From assembly GCA_049325415.1 (NCBI GenBank), contig JBMOLL010000040.1:11859-75858 (forward strand): a stretch of 64,000 nt of DNA. The letters run 5' to 3'. A program made the position numbers and the translations under genes. Shown here one piece after another: positions 1 through 10,110 of this stretch; the stretch's first letter is position 1; each line of letters starts with the position of its first letter. This DNA is from Bacteroidota bacterium. Its GTDB lineage: Bacteria > Bacteroidota > Bacteroidia > Bacteroidales > GCA-2748055. The notes below the pieces were generated by a model. It was given only the letters and a program-made list of their open reading frames with translations, did not search any database and was not told the DNA's origin.

Positions 1-294
1 GGCATCAATACTGTCCTGTACATAACGAACGATGACACGCCCACCGGTCGATTCCATGAGATGGTCCCTGAAATCCAGGGTTTCCTGGAAGTTATGGCCG
101 GTATCTATATGCAGGCAGGGAAAAGGCACCCTTTCCGGCCAGAAAGCTTTCAGGGCCAGGTAATACATTACGATAGAATCCTTCCCGCCTGAAAAAAGAA
201 GGGTGGGTTTTTCAAACTGGGCAGCGACCTCCCTGATCACATAGATGGCTTCAGCTTCAAGTTCCCTGAGGTGGGTAATGGAATACTCACTCAT
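1..294 (-). CDS. cysD: Sulfate adenylyltransferase subunit 2 (CysD), N-terminal 98 codons; the rest lies beyond the window start
   Basis: The ORF runs off the window edge, so it is absent from the ORF track. My reverse-complement translation from the ATG at 292-294 gives MSEYSITHLRELEAEAIYVIREVAAQFEKPTLLFSGGKDSIVMYYLALKAFWPERVPFPCLHIDTGHNFQETLDFRD. This is colinear with CysD N-termini, including the SGGKDS PP-loop. Confidence 0.85.
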   Translation of the reverse strand, partial: MSEYSITHLRELEAEAIYVIREVAAQFEKPTLLFSGGKDSIVMYYLALKAFWPERVPFPCLHIDTGHNFQETLDFRDHLMESTGGRVIVRYVQDSIDA

Positions 295-367
295 ACGACA
301 CAATTAAATTCGAATCATTTTAAAACTGCGCAAAGTTAATAAAATGATTCAAAAATCAAGATGCAAC

Positions 368-1075
368 TCAGCGACTGTTGCAATAGCCGACAACACGGAG
401 CAGGTCTTCCGGATCGTTCGTGGATATTTTATTTTGCTTTATAAAAGCCCCCATATCTTTTCCCGAATCCTTCAGCGCATCAAGGATGCTCTGTTTCGAT
501 TTAATCCTCACGGCAGGTTTACCGTTTTCCCGGATGTAATAGCTATCCGAAATCGGAAGGAACTGTGCCGGCTTTGCATCCTGGTAAAGCTTGGCCGGTT
601 CCGGATCGCGCAGGATGACCGAAGGGCGGCGCAACAACTGGAAGGGTCCATCTTCAAGAAGGACAAAAAAAGTGCTCTTTCCGGGCACATCGGCTTCCAT
701 TTCCGGGACATAAATGAATTTATACTCCCCGATCCCCACGGTATCCACCACCATGGGTGCAGAGAGCTGATAGACATATTCGCCGGCAATAAACTCAGGG
801 ATCTCGGCGTACATGTCATACCTGAATTTGCCCCGAAAGAACTGACCATCAAGGGTGCGGAGGTAGCCATCGGTGAATTCAGGGTATAGGTAACCCACAC
901 CATTGATCTCCACATAATTATTGCCCGAAGTAACCTGTTTCAGTTTATTCTGGCGCATCCTGTCGAGCATGGCTTCGGTACCGGGAACCTGCGTTTGCGC
1001 AGAAACTACGGTGCAGAAAAGCGCTGACAGCAACAGCAAACCGGATAACATGGTTTTATATCTCATATCTTTCAA
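368..1075 (-). CDS. Secreted protein of unknown function
   Basis: 235-aa ORF with an N-terminal signal peptide (KTMLSGLLLLSALFCTVVSAQ). The overlapping antisense ORF 344-889 has no comparable feature. No family recognised. Confidence 0.6.
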   Translation of the reverse strand: MKDMRYKTMLSGLLLLSALFCTVVSAQTQVPGTEAMLDRMRQNKLKQVTSGNNYVEINGVGYLYPEFTDGYLRTLDGQFFRGKFRYDMYAEIPEFIAGEYVYQLSAPMVVDTVGIGEYKFIYVPEMEADVPGKSTFFVLLEDGPFQLLRRPSVILRDPEPAKLYQDAKPAQFLPISDSYYIRENGKPAVRIKSKQSILDALKDSGKDMGAFIKQNKISTNDPEDLLRVVGYCNSR

Positions 1076-1111
1076 AATAAAAAAAAGGCTGTCCGAATGG
1101 ACAGCCTTTTT
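1075..1111 (-). terminator. Rho-independent terminator closing the susC/susD/lipoprotein operon (bidirectional shape)
   Basis: Perfect 8-bp stem GGCTGTCC-gaat-GGACAGCC (1087-1106) flanked by an A-run and a T-run, starting 13 nt after the stop of gene 1124-1975. Confidence 0.75.
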
Positions 1112-1123
1112 ATTGTTTACTAC

Positions 1124-1975
1124 TTAAACATCCGGGGTCATAAGTTCTTCAAATGCACGGGTACCGTTTGCACGGGTATATCCGTACCAGATGTGAATGA
1201 CACCGGTCTCCTCATCATAGGAGTTTGTGCCATCAGGCAGGGTGTGCAGGGCATCCCATTCATCTTCGTTGGATCTTACGGTTACCGTACCGCTTCCGAG
1301 ATCAATCTGGATGAACAGCTGAACATCGGTCCAGTCCGACATGAAGGTTTCGCACTCATCAGCACTGATAGCCACCAGGGATTTCGGAATATCCACATGG
1401 TCGATCAGAAGTCCGGAGGTCGGGTGATTATAGGTTACATTGGAAATGTAATCACCGGCAAAGAAGTTAGCCACACCAATCACGGTGGTAACCGTGTTTG
1501 TTACTTTCCTTCCGTCAGCCATCACGCTCACATACTTCAACGACCAGTTGTCACCGATCTGCAATTCACCTTCATCTGCGGGAAGGGTATAGTTCTCAAA
1601 GGTCAGGCCTTCCTTAAGATCTGCATAGGTAAGAGTAAAACTCTTGGCCACATTATCAGAGGCATTGGCACCGGCGATATCGATGGTCGTCAGAAGCACT
1701 TCTTCGGAAACATCAAGGGTATCCTTGCTTACTTTATGGGTAAAGGAATTATATACTTCAATGGTCTGAATGGCGGGTCCCTTCAGGGCGCTAACATTCA
1801 CATCAAATGAAGGCGTGGCAAGGAGCTTATAGGGGAAGGTCTTATCCGCCGAAATCAGCCCGCCTGTCTCAACATCAGAGGTCATGAGGTCAACAGGTTC
1901 GATGCAGGAGTTAAGCATCAGCATAAAACCGGCCGACAGCAAAAGGGTTGATATTGAAAATATTCTTTTCTTCAT
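1124..1975 (-). CDS. PUL-associated surface lipoprotein, unknown function (SusE/F position)
   Basis: 283-aa ORF with a lipoprotein signal (LLLSAGFMLMLNSC). It lies immediately downstream of the SusD-like gene on the same strand. Confidence 0.6.
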   Translation of the reverse strand: MKKRIFSISTLLLSAGFMLMLNSCIEPVDLMTSDVETGGLISADKTFPYKLLATPSFDVNVSALKGPAIQTIEVYNSFTHKVSKDTLDVSEEVLLTTIDIAGANASDNVAKSFTLTYADLKEGLTFENYTLPADEGELQIGDNWSLKYVSVMADGRKVTNTVTTVIGVANFFAGDYISNVTYNHPTSGLLIDHVDIPKSLVAISADECETFMSDWTDVQLFIQIDLGSGTVTVRSNEDEWDALHTLPDGTNSYDEETGVIHIWYGYTRANGTRAFEELMTPDV

Positions 1976-2000
1976 GGTATTATGAATTTAAGGTCATAAA

Positions 2001-3578
2001 TTAATTTACATCCCACCAAACCGGGGTGAGCAGATCGCTGGTTGAACTTCCCTGTGCAGCGGCAGCAGCCGTTACATTGGCGTTGTTACGGGCATACTCA
2101 TCGGAAGGATAATAAACCCTTTCCGGGATTTTCCCACCCAGAACACCGTCAACTGCCGGGGTCAGAGCCGGGTAACCGGTCCTTCTCCATTCGAACCACG
2201 ACTGCAGTCCCTGATCAAAAGTGGCCACCCAGCGCTGGGTTCCAATCTGCTCAAGTGCTACGGCGTCGTCGGTATCCAGCGGCCACCAGCCTCCCCAGTC
2301 CTTGAAATCCTGGAGTGCATACTCAAAGATATCCTCGTCGGTCATCCCCCAGCTTTCGAAGGTGGGTCTCCACACTTCATCAAGAACATCGGGGAATACG
2401 GAAATGTACTGCTCATATGAGCCAACAATACCTTTTTTGTAGAAGGAATCGGCAATGGCGTGTCCGCCGGGGATATACCCTTTAACGGCAGCCTCGGCAA
2501 TGATGAACTGAAGTTCGGCGTAGCTCATCAGCATTCCCGGGGTAGTAGCTTCTGTGAAATAGTCTCCGATTGTAGAGGTATTGGCCAGTCCGTTTCCGTT
2601 GAATGCAGCGGCATCGGCGGAAAGCATACCGTTGGGCAGACCAACATAATCACCTACACCGTCGGCCAGGTTCGCATATACGGAAACCCTGTAGTCCGGG
2701 CTGGCTGCATCGGCATACAGCAGGTTGATCAGGGTGGCGCTCACGCGGTGGTCGTCACGGGTCTTGCGGTTTTCATTGATCGGGTGGTTGTTCGGGGCTG
2801 ATCCGAGGTACTGCAGGGCAGCGTTGTCGGCATTGCTTTCGAAGATCGGATAGGTATCCGGGTCGTTGAAAACTTCCGTCATTTTTGCAGCCACATCAAC
2901 CTTGCCTGATTCACGAAGCAGAAGTCTGAGTTTCAATGAATTGGCAAACTTCTTCCATAAAACGATGTCATTTCCAAAAAGAATATCACCACTGATTTCC
3001 AGTCCGTCGGGATCAAGAATAGCATTGGCGGTATCCAGTTTAGCGATCATGTCGGCATAAATATCAGCCTGGCTGTCATATTCAGGAAGGAGGATGGCTT
3101 CGGCAGCTCCGCCTTTCCAGGCCTGAGTATAAGGAATATCACCAAACAGGTCGGTAAGAACAGAGGAAACATACACCTGAAGAACAAGTCCAACGCCCCT
3201 GTAGTTATCATTAAGGGTTGATTCACCAATACTGATCAGTGTGGCAATATCCATCCCCGAAGAAGCATAAAAACTGCTCCAGGTATTGTTGATAACAGCC
3301 ACCCTGGGGAGATAGCGGTCTTCGTCCGTATACTGGACTTTAGCCATATGCTGGGCCCAGCAGGAACCCATTTCATGTCCGAGAAAGATTTCATGCACGC
3401 GGTCGGTCATGCTTTCAATGGCATTCGTGAGCAGCATATCCGGTGCAGCAAGGTCGATCGACGGGCTGTTCGGATCGGTATTGATCGTATCAAAATCCTT
3501 TGTACAGCCTGAGCCTATAACCAGCAAAGTTACAAGCAGGAACGAAAGTATTTTTATTCTGGTTTTCATTGATTTCAT
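2001..3578 (-). CDS. SusD-like nutrient-binding outer-membrane lipoprotein (SusD_like_2 type)
   Basis: 525 aa. Lipobox LVIGSGC followed by TKDFDTINTDPNSP, as seen in SusD-like_2 proteins. Sits 9 nt downstream of a SusC gene. Confidence 0.85.
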   Translation of the reverse strand: MKSMKTRIKILSFLLVTLLVIGSGCTKDFDTINTDPNSPSIDLAAPDMLLTNAIESMTDRVHEIFLGHEMGSCWAQHMAKVQYTDEDRYLPRVAVINNTWSSFYASSGMDIATLISIGESTLNDNYRGVGLVLQVYVSSVLTDLFGDIPYTQAWKGGAAEAILLPEYDSQADIYADMIAKLDTANAILDPDGLEISGDILFGNDIVLWKKFANSLKLRLLLRESGKVDVAAKMTEVFNDPDTYPIFESNADNAALQYLGSAPNNHPINENRKTRDDHRVSATLINLLYADAASPDYRVSVYANLADGVGDYVGLPNGMLSADAAAFNGNGLANTSTIGDYFTEATTPGMLMSYAELQFIIAEAAVKGYIPGGHAIADSFYKKGIVGSYEQYISVFPDVLDEVWRPTFESWGMTDEDIFEYALQDFKDWGGWWPLDTDDAVALEQIGTQRWVATFDQGLQSWFEWRRTGYPALTPAVDGVLGGKIPERVYYPSDEYARNNANVTAAAAAQGSSTSDLLTPVWWDVN

Positions 3579-3587
3579 GATTTTGTA

Positions 3588-6500
3588 TTAAAACTTAAAG
3601 CTTACGTTGAAACCCAAACTTCTTGCAGAAGGCAGCTGTCCGAATTCAATCCCCTGTACGTTACCGTCAGCAAAGGCGGTTTCGGGATCGATATGGGGAA
3701 CAGATGTCTTCAGGATAGCCAGGTTCCTTCCAACCAATGAAACATTCACGTCTTTAACCGGTGAGTTCTTGATGTCGAAGGTATATCCAAGCCGTATTTC
3801 ACGGAGTTTGATATAGCTGGCATCGAATACACTCGACCAGGCCACATCGTTAACATAAGCTGATTTGTTGAAATTTTCGGCGCTTACAACCACATCGTTG
3901 GGAACATAGCTGCCGTCGGGACCTACCATTACACCGTCGCCGACGATACCACCTTCACGTCCGAGCAGGGTCTCTTCCAGTACACCCGCATAACGGCCCC
4001 AGGTAGTGGTCATAGAGTAGATATCCCCACCCTGGCGCATGTCGATCAGTGCACTCATGTAAAGATTGCCGAAGCGGAATTCGTTGGAAATACCTCCGGT
4101 CCAGTCGGGTGTGTAGCTACCAAGGATCTTAAGATCGCCCTGTGTTGGAAGACCGTTTTCATAAATAATATTCCCATTATCATCCCTTGCAAAGTCATAA
4201 CCATACAGAGAACCATACTTTTCACCGGGGATGGCCATAATATACATGCTCCAGTAGCTTCCCAACTGGTACTGATCAATACCGTCGGCCAGTTCAACCA
4301 CTTCGTTGCGGTTCAGGGCCCAGTTGATATTGATGTCCCAGCTGAATTTACCGGCTTGAACTGGCGTCAGCCCAAGTTCAAGTTCAATACCCTTGTTGTC
4401 GATCCGACCGGCATTGACATTCTTGGAAGTATAACCTGTGGCAGGTGATACAGGAATGCTGATGATCTGGTCAATGGACTGTGAGCTGTAAAGGGTCAGG
4501 TTAGCCCGTACCCTGGAAGCAAACAACCTTGCCTCGATACCGGCTTCAGTTGATTTTGTCTTCTGTGGTCTCAGTTCAGCATTCGGCATATTGTTGGGAA
4601 CAGCCAGGTTCAGCAGTTTGGTGCTGGCATTCCAGCCATCGCCAAAGGCAACCGTGGGTATCAATGAATAAGGATCAGTATCACCACCAACTTCAGCATA
4701 ACCGATACGGACTTTCGCAAAATTGAGGGTATTTGACTGAATATCAAGCAGATCGGTCAGCACAGCACTGGCAGATACAGCCGGATAGAGATAAGAGTTA
4801 TTTCCATCAGGAAGAGTACTCGACCAGTCGTTCCTCAATGAAAAATCAAGGTAGATAGCCCGTTTGAATCCAATCTGACCGAAAGCATAAAGGCTGTTCA
4901 CCCGCTTCAAGGTTTTCCCGTTATCGGCAACCAGTGCCACTTTGGAGTTCTTGACATTGTAAACACCCGGAACGGCCAGTTCGGAGGCTTCGCCATAGTT
5001 GAACTGGGTCCTGCGGTCCATGCGGTTACCCCCTGCGTTCAGAGAAACCTCGAAATCTTCGCCGAAAGCTTTCTGGAACATGAAGAGGAAGTCGCTGTTG
5101 GTTTCCGAATAGGTACTCAGGTTTTCGCTGTAGAAACCGGAGGGGAAGTCCATGTCGCCCACAGCCCTGCGGTAGGTACTGAGGTTGGAGTAATAGTCAC
5201 CACCGGTCCTAACATAAGCGCTTAACCAGTCGGTGATCTGATAACGTACCTGTGCATTCCCGATGAAACGGTCCCTGTCGAGGGTGTTCAGGTTCTCATA
5301 CAATGTGAACCAGGGGTTGTTATGGTAGTTGTAGTTCCAGTTATACTTGGTCCCGTCGGGGTTGGTATATTCCCTCAGACCGGGATAGTCGACCTGGCGG
5401 CCCGACCACATGAACTGCTGCATAATGTTCTCAGCGCTGTAACCATATTCCGGCATGTTACCGCTGTTGGCGTTAACAAACTGTCCGGAGGTCGAGATGG
5501 TAAGCTTTGAAGAAGGATTGGCAGAGGCATTCCATGAAATGGTCTTCTTATTATAATCGGTATTGGGAACCATCCCTTTCTGATTCAGCTGGGTGTAGGA
5601 AAGACGGAAGTTGGCTTTGTCATTTCCTCCCATCATGGCCACGTTGGTCGAGGTGGTGACCCCGGTCTGGAACATGCCACGGATATTATTGGGCTGAGAA
5701 ACCCAGGGAGTAGCTTCCCTGTTTCCGAATTCATCCACAGGTGAATTATACTGGGGTATCATGAGGCCTGCATCCAACTGGGGTCCCCAGCTCTCGTCCG
5801 TACCGTCATTAGTACCGCCACCTGCACCGTCGACAAAGGAGAATTTTCCCTGTGAACCCTGGCCGTAGCCGTTCTGGAAATCAGGCAGACGGAGCGGGGT
5901 TTCGAAGGAAGTGGTGTTGTTAACGGTTACACCCAGTGCCTTTTTGTCGGCTCCGGATTTGGTCGTGATAACGATGACCCCGTTGGAGGCACGCGAACCG
6001 TAAAGAGCGGCAGCGTTGGGCCCTTTCAGGATGGTGATCGAAGCAATGTCGTCGGGGTTGATGTCACCGGCACCGTTCCCTTTGTTGGTACCTTCGTTTC
6101 CGGTTCCACCGAAGTTGTCGTTGCTGATGGGAATACCATCGACCACAAACAGCGGCTGGTTATTGGCACCCAGGTTGGTAACACCGCGGAGGATGATCCT
6201 TGATGAAGCACCAACGGCACCGGAGGTATTTGTGATCTGTGCACCGGCTACCCTACCCTGGAGACTGTTGATAATGTTGGTCTCCTTGGCCTGGGAAATC
6301 TCATCGCCGCTTACATCCTGTACGGCATAGCTCAGCGCTTTCTTTTCCCTTGAAAGACCGAGGGCCGTTACAACGACTTCATCCAGGGCTTTTGCTTCAG
6401 GAACAAGTTCCACGTTAATTAATGTTCTTCCACCGATGGTTTCTTCCTTCGGGGTCATACCAACAAAGCTGAAGACCAGCGTCGTGGCATTGGCAGGGAC

Positions 6501-6689
6501 CGCAAGGCTGTAATCACCGTTGAAGTCTGTAACTGTACCGACCGTGGTTCCTTTCACTGCCACGGATACACCGGGCAGGGCGGTACCGTCCTCGGAATTG
6601 GTTACGTTACCCGTAATTTGTACACCCTGTGCCATCAGATTGTATCCGACAAACAACAGGAGTGACAACATGAAAACAAATCTTTTCAT
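3588..6689 (-). CDS. SusC/RagA-family TonB-dependent outer-membrane transporter
   Basis: 1033 aa. Has a signal peptide, a carboxypeptidase-regulatory-like N-domain (QITGNVTNSEDGTALPGVSVAVKGTTVGTVTDFNGDYSL), a plug (DEVVVTALG...ITILKGPNAAALYGSRASNGVIVITTK) and a C-terminal aromatic beta-barrel end (FNVSFKF). Confidence 0.95.
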   Translation of the reverse strand: MKRFVFMLSLLLFVGYNLMAQGVQITGNVTNSEDGTALPGVSVAVKGTTVGTVTDFNGDYSLAVPANATTLVFSFVGMTPKEETIGGRTLINVELVPEAKALDEVVVTALGLSREKKALSYAVQDVSGDEISQAKETNIINSLQGRVAGAQITNTSGAVGASSRIILRGVTNLGANNQPLFVVDGIPISNDNFGGTGNEGTNKGNGAGDINPDDIASITILKGPNAAALYGSRASNGVIVITTKSGADKKALGVTVNNTTSFETPLRLPDFQNGYGQGSQGKFSFVDGAGGGTNDGTDESWGPQLDAGLMIPQYNSPVDEFGNREATPWVSQPNNIRGMFQTGVTTSTNVAMMGGNDKANFRLSYTQLNQKGMVPNTDYNKKTISWNASANPSSKLTISTSGQFVNANSGNMPEYGYSAENIMQQFMWSGRQVDYPGLREYTNPDGTKYNWNYNYHNNPWFTLYENLNTLDRDRFIGNAQVRYQITDWLSAYVRTGGDYYSNLSTYRRAVGDMDFPSGFYSENLSTYSETNSDFLFMFQKAFGEDFEVSLNAGGNRMDRRTQFNYGEASELAVPGVYNVKNSKVALVADNGKTLKRVNSLYAFGQIGFKRAIYLDFSLRNDWSSTLPDGNNSYLYPAVSASAVLTDLLDIQSNTLNFAKVRIGYAEVGGDTDPYSLIPTVAFGDGWNASTKLLNLAVPNNMPNAELRPQKTKSTEAGIEARLFASRVRANLTLYSSQSIDQIISIPVSPATGYTSKNVNAGRIDNKGIELELGLTPVQAGKFSWDININWALNRNEVVELADGIDQYQLGSYWSMYIMAIPGEKYGSLYGYDFARDDNGNIIYENGLPTQGDLKILGSYTPDWTGGISNEFRFGNLYMSALIDMRQGGDIYSMTTTWGRYAGVLEETLLGREGGIVGDGVMVGPDGSYVPNDVVVSAENFNKSAYVNDVAWSSVFDASYIKLREIRLGYTFDIKNSPVKDVNVSLVGRNLAILKTSVPHIDPETAFADGNVQGIEFGQLPSARSLGFNVSFKF

Positions 6690-6754
6690 AGATTAAAGTT
6701 TTAGGTTTATACATTTAGTAATAGGAAAAAATGACTCTACAATTGCCAAAACTA
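6678..6754 (-). promoter_or_regulatory. Promoter and 5' leader of susC-1: -7 box TAGTTTTG, conserved TAGAGTCATTTT, conserved 22-nt leader before the ATG
   Basis: On the minus strand, 6754-6747 reads TAGTTTTG, matching the Bacteroidetes TAnnTTTG -7 consensus. Seven nt further on is TAGAGTCATTTT (6739-6728). 6678-6711 is 34/34 identical to 15475-15508 upstream of the second susC. Confidence 0.6.
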
Positions 6755-7144
6755 AAGAAAAAACGGAAAGAAAAAAATAATCAGCCGCGAAATATCCGGA
6801 TGCTGTTGCTAAACAGTATGTTTATAACTTTGAAAACGAAGGGATTAAATCTTCAAAGCAGCAATTCAGGAATTACATATTTTCAGTAATTTTTATTGTT
6901 TTACAAAAAACAGTAATCTGATCAGGTAAATTTATTGCGGATTAAAATAAAATACGCGAATGAAACTGCAGATTTTAATTTCCCTGTGTGAGGTATGAGA
7001 GAGCCAGATCCTCCGTCCTTGACATAAACAGGCTAACGTACTGTATTTCATAGATTTAATTGGATATAAAAACAAGACGCCTGCCTTTTCCGGTGCAGGA
7101 ATAACAGCACGAAAAACGGCAGGCATTTGTAGTAAAGCCCGGGC

Positions 7145-8839
7145 TTAATGAACTACCAGCAGGTGATCATAAATCCTGTTCAACCCGTCGCTGACAAGTA
7201 CAATATAGCTACCGGCCTGAAGCTCGCCGGTGTTCAGTTCAAGTTCATCGGCAAAGGGTCTTTGAAGGATAAGCTGACCCGTAACCGAATATATTTCAAG
7301 TGAACCTGAAGGAATTTCGCCCCTGGTGTCGATGCGTACCATACCTGAAGCAGGATTCGGACTCAGCAGCGGTAAACCGGCAGAATGCAGCGAAAGACCA
7401 GTCGTGTTTTGTACTACTTCATTAAGACTGATGTTAAATTCCTCAAAATAGAAATTTCCGGCGGTATCACTGACCTCGATACGGAGGAAGCGGTTTGTAC
7501 CATCGTCATATTCAAGAGTGGTCAAAGTCTTGAGGGAATCATTCTCAATATAGAATTCAGAGGGACCATAGCCTCCTTCTTCTCCGATGAAAAGATTGAA
7601 GGGCCCTTTACAAACGATATCATAGACATTACCTTCCATTTCATCCAGGATCGTAACTTTTCCAATAAAAGCTCCCGGTTCAAGGCCTTCATCAATACTG
7701 GTATTAGAAATTTCGATGTCATATGGTCCGGCATCGGGTGGCCTGATCCCAACAATGGCAGCCTGGTTTGCATTAAAGGAATAACTTCCCGGTGAAAGGG
7801 TGTTTATGGTATACCAGTCGTTATATGCACCCGACCAGCCCCAGTTAAGATGAAAGTACTCACCTCCCACCCCGTCAATATTGAACGCATGGCCTGCAGT
7901 ACCATCTCCCGGATTACCGGAATAAATAATCGGCCTTCCTGCCAGAAGTTCATTTGTCAGCAGTTCGATCCATTCCTGCTCATTCTCATAGCGCCCAACA
8001 CTTTTGGCAGTTGCAGAATAATTAAAATAGGTCTTCAGTGAACCCGCGCATTTACTGGTCTGAGCGCCAGAGCCATCGGGACCAAAATCCATATCCACGG
8101 TAACCGCACAGTGATACAGCAACTTTGCATTGTAATCATCTGAAGATGAAAGGCTCATCTGATCCCAGTCATATGGCTCCTGCATATCGAAATTCACAGA
8201 AACCGAACCATAGGTATTGTGTATATAGCTGGCTGTTCCCGTTCCTTTTGAAGGATACTGGTAGACCGACATGGCCTGCGCCTGCGCAACAGCCACACAA
8301 CCAACATAGGTATGACCTGAGGGGCCATCCTGATCTTCGGGGCAGAAGCGGTTCCAGCCGCCTCCCTGATCCCATTTGACTTTTATAATCGGGTCTACCT
8401 GGGCCTCGGTACTTTTCCTGGCAGAACCAGTGGCCAGTTCTTTCCATTCCCTGTTCTCCGGTAACTGGTCGGCAAGCTGAAGGGATCTCTCAATCTGTTT
8501 CTCGTAACCGCTCATCCAGTCTTTCTTGTTTTCGGGCCATAATTCCCTGGGTTGCCACTGGCTGTCGGGCGAATAGCCGATCACAGGCTTCAGTATGTCA
8601 TCGGCGGAAACAAGGATCCAGCCAGCGGGCTTTAACGAAACCACGTAATACGCCAGTTCCCCACCGGGAAGCCGGTACTCCGTTACCTCACCGGCAGAAT
8701 GATTCTCAGCAAAGCCATGGGCCTGCATAAAATTTATGGCAATCTCCAGAGCCTGTGTTCGGTTCACAGGTTTTCCCCACGACCAGACAGTGATCAGAAG
8801 TATGGCAATCGATATCAGAAACCTTTTCATTACACGCAT
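7145..8839 (-). CDS. C10-family (streptopain-like) cysteine peptidase with N-terminal inhibitor-type prodomain and T9SS C-terminal sorting domain
   Basis: Catalytic Cys context YVGCVAVAQAQAMSVY and His context GHAFNIDG. Prodomain-like KPVNRTQALEIAINFMQAHGF. C-terminal sorting domain SPNPASGMVRI...LEIYSVTGQLIL...LQAGSYIVLV. I moved the start from 9022 to MRVMKRFLISIAILL (8839; 8830 is also possible), which gives a signal peptide and removes the overlap with the upstream terminator and gene. Confidence 0.85.
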   Translation of the reverse strand: MRVMKRFLISIAILLITVWSWGKPVNRTQALEIAINFMQAHGFAENHSAGEVTEYRLPGGELAYYVVSLKPAGWILVSADDILKPVIGYSPDSQWQPRELWPENKKDWMSGYEKQIERSLQLADQLPENREWKELATGSARKSTEAQVDPIIKVKWDQGGGWNRFCPEDQDGPSGHTYVGCVAVAQAQAMSVYQYPSKGTGTASYIHNTYGSVSVNFDMQEPYDWDQMSLSSSDDYNAKLLYHCAVTVDMDFGPDGSGAQTSKCAGSLKTYFNYSATAKSVGRYENEQEWIELLTNELLAGRPIIYSGNPGDGTAGHAFNIDGVGGEYFHLNWGWSGAYNDWYTINTLSPGSYSFNANQAAIVGIRPPDAGPYDIEISNTSIDEGLEPGAFIGKVTILDEMEGNVYDIVCKGPFNLFIGEEGGYGPSEFYIENDSLKTLTTLEYDDGTNRFLRIEVSDTAGNFYFEEFNISLNEVVQNTTGLSLHSAGLPLLSPNPASGMVRIDTRGEIPSGSLEIYSVTGQLILQRPFADELELNTGELQAGSYIVLVSDGLNRIYDHLLVVH

Positions 8840-8922
8840 ATTCAGTGACAAACATTTATACGTAAAAATAATCAAAATGTTCAAAAAAAAAGGCCAATGT
8901 ATGTTAATAAAGGCATGAAAAT

Positions 8923-8953
8923 AAAAAAGGGTGCCCGAAGGACACCCTTTTTT
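8923..8953 (-). terminator. Rho-independent terminator after the second SusC/SusD operon
   Basis: AAAAAA-GGGTGCC-cgaa-GGaCACCC-TTTTTT, 17 nt after the stop of gene 8970-10097. Confidence 0.7.
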
Positions 8954-8969
8954 ATATATACATAGCCGA

Positions 8970-10097
8970 TTATAGCATGTTCCAGGTATAGGAGGCTTCA
9001 GCCAGCGGGTTACGTGCACCAACGGTCACGATTCCGGCTGTGCCACCGGCGAATTCATCAATTACAAGGGTAACTGAGGTATACGGGGTGGATCCATCAT
9101 AAGCCTGGTGAATGGTCAGATCGTGTCCGCTTGCAGCAAGATCTGCAAGGGTTACGGGAACGGCCAGATCACCAAAAGCGGTCTCATAAACAAGGGTCAG
9201 CCCCTGGGTAAAACCGGTAATCCTGACGTTGTAATCGAAAGTGAGAACAATGTCAAAACCGGCAGCCTGGGCAGCTGCTACATCGGGAGCAACTGTCGTA
9301 GCTTCCTGAGCTGCATAGGTAGCCCTGTAATAGAGCCCTGTCAGGTAGCCGCCGATTACACCGCTGACAACCGTGTCGCAAGCATTTCCGGAGAGGTCGG
9401 TAACCGTACCGCCGTCATAGGACAGGAATACATAGTCGCCATTGGGAAGATCAACTTCCGGAGTAATGGTTACGGTGTTCCCAACTACACTTTCAACGAT
9501 CCCTTTTACATCGGCATAGCCAAGGTAGTAGGTCGAGAAGATGAAATCCATGCTTTCATCAACCAGAACGGGTTCATCAAATGTCAGGACAAACGAACCG
9601 CCGGGTACATAAACTGCTGAAGTACCAACGGAAGGAGTGGTTGAAACAAGTCCGGGGCCGTAGTGGTCGGCGGTGGTCACGGTGATCACTTTAACCGAAC
9701 TTACAGCACCTCCGTCGATATTGCTGGCAGCCATCATGATTTCGTAGACAGCATCCTGAACAATATCAGTACCAAACACAATCTGGGCAGGAGTGTTTGC
9801 TTCAAGTTCCACGCTGACAAAATCAAGACTTGAGATATTGCCACGGAGTAACTGGAGTGAATCGGGAATGGCATTTCCCGTACCCTCAAAGACTGCAACA
9901 CCGATAAAACCGGCGAGTGAACTGGTCACCTCAACAGTGATTGCCGAATCGGCAACAGCAGAAGTCTGCAGGTCGAATGTGGGCGCATCGGGAACAGTAA
10001 TTGGCTTGAATTCCTCAAATTCAGCGCAGGAGAACACAAGCGTAGACATGAGGATAAAAGCACCAATCTGCTTGAAATATCTGTTTTTCATTTTCAT
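8970..10097 (-). CDS. PUL-associated surface lipoprotein with Ig-like repeats, unknown function
   Basis: 375 aa. Lipobox MSTLVFSC. Beta-rich T/V/G-rich repeats resemble bacterial Ig-like (SbsA/Big-type) domains. Last gene of the second SusC/SusD operon. Confidence 0.6.
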   Translation of the reverse strand: MKMKNRYFKQIGAFILMSTLVFSCAEFEEFKPITVPDAPTFDLQTSAVADSAITVEVTSSLAGFIGVAVFEGTGNAIPDSLQLLRGNISSLDFVSVELEANTPAQIVFGTDIVQDAVYEIMMAASNIDGGAVSSVKVITVTTADHYGPGLVSTTPSVGTSAVYVPGGSFVLTFDEPVLVDESMDFIFSTYYLGYADVKGIVESVVGNTVTITPEVDLPNGDYVFLSYDGGTVTDLSGNACDTVVSGVIGGYLTGLYYRATYAAQEATTVAPDVAAAQAAGFDIVLTFDYNVRITGFTQGLTLVYETAFGDLAVPVTLADLAASGHDLTIHQAYDGSTPYTSVTLVIDEFAGGTAGIVTVGARNPLAEASYTWNML

Positions 10098-10110
10098 AGT
10101 CGTTCAGATT

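Noticed and set aside
7145-9022. The full 625-aa version of the C10 protease ORF
   Set aside because: The first 61 codons read through the upstream terminator hairpin and overlap gene 8970-10097. An internal MRVMKRFLISIAILL start at 8839 gives a proper signal peptide.
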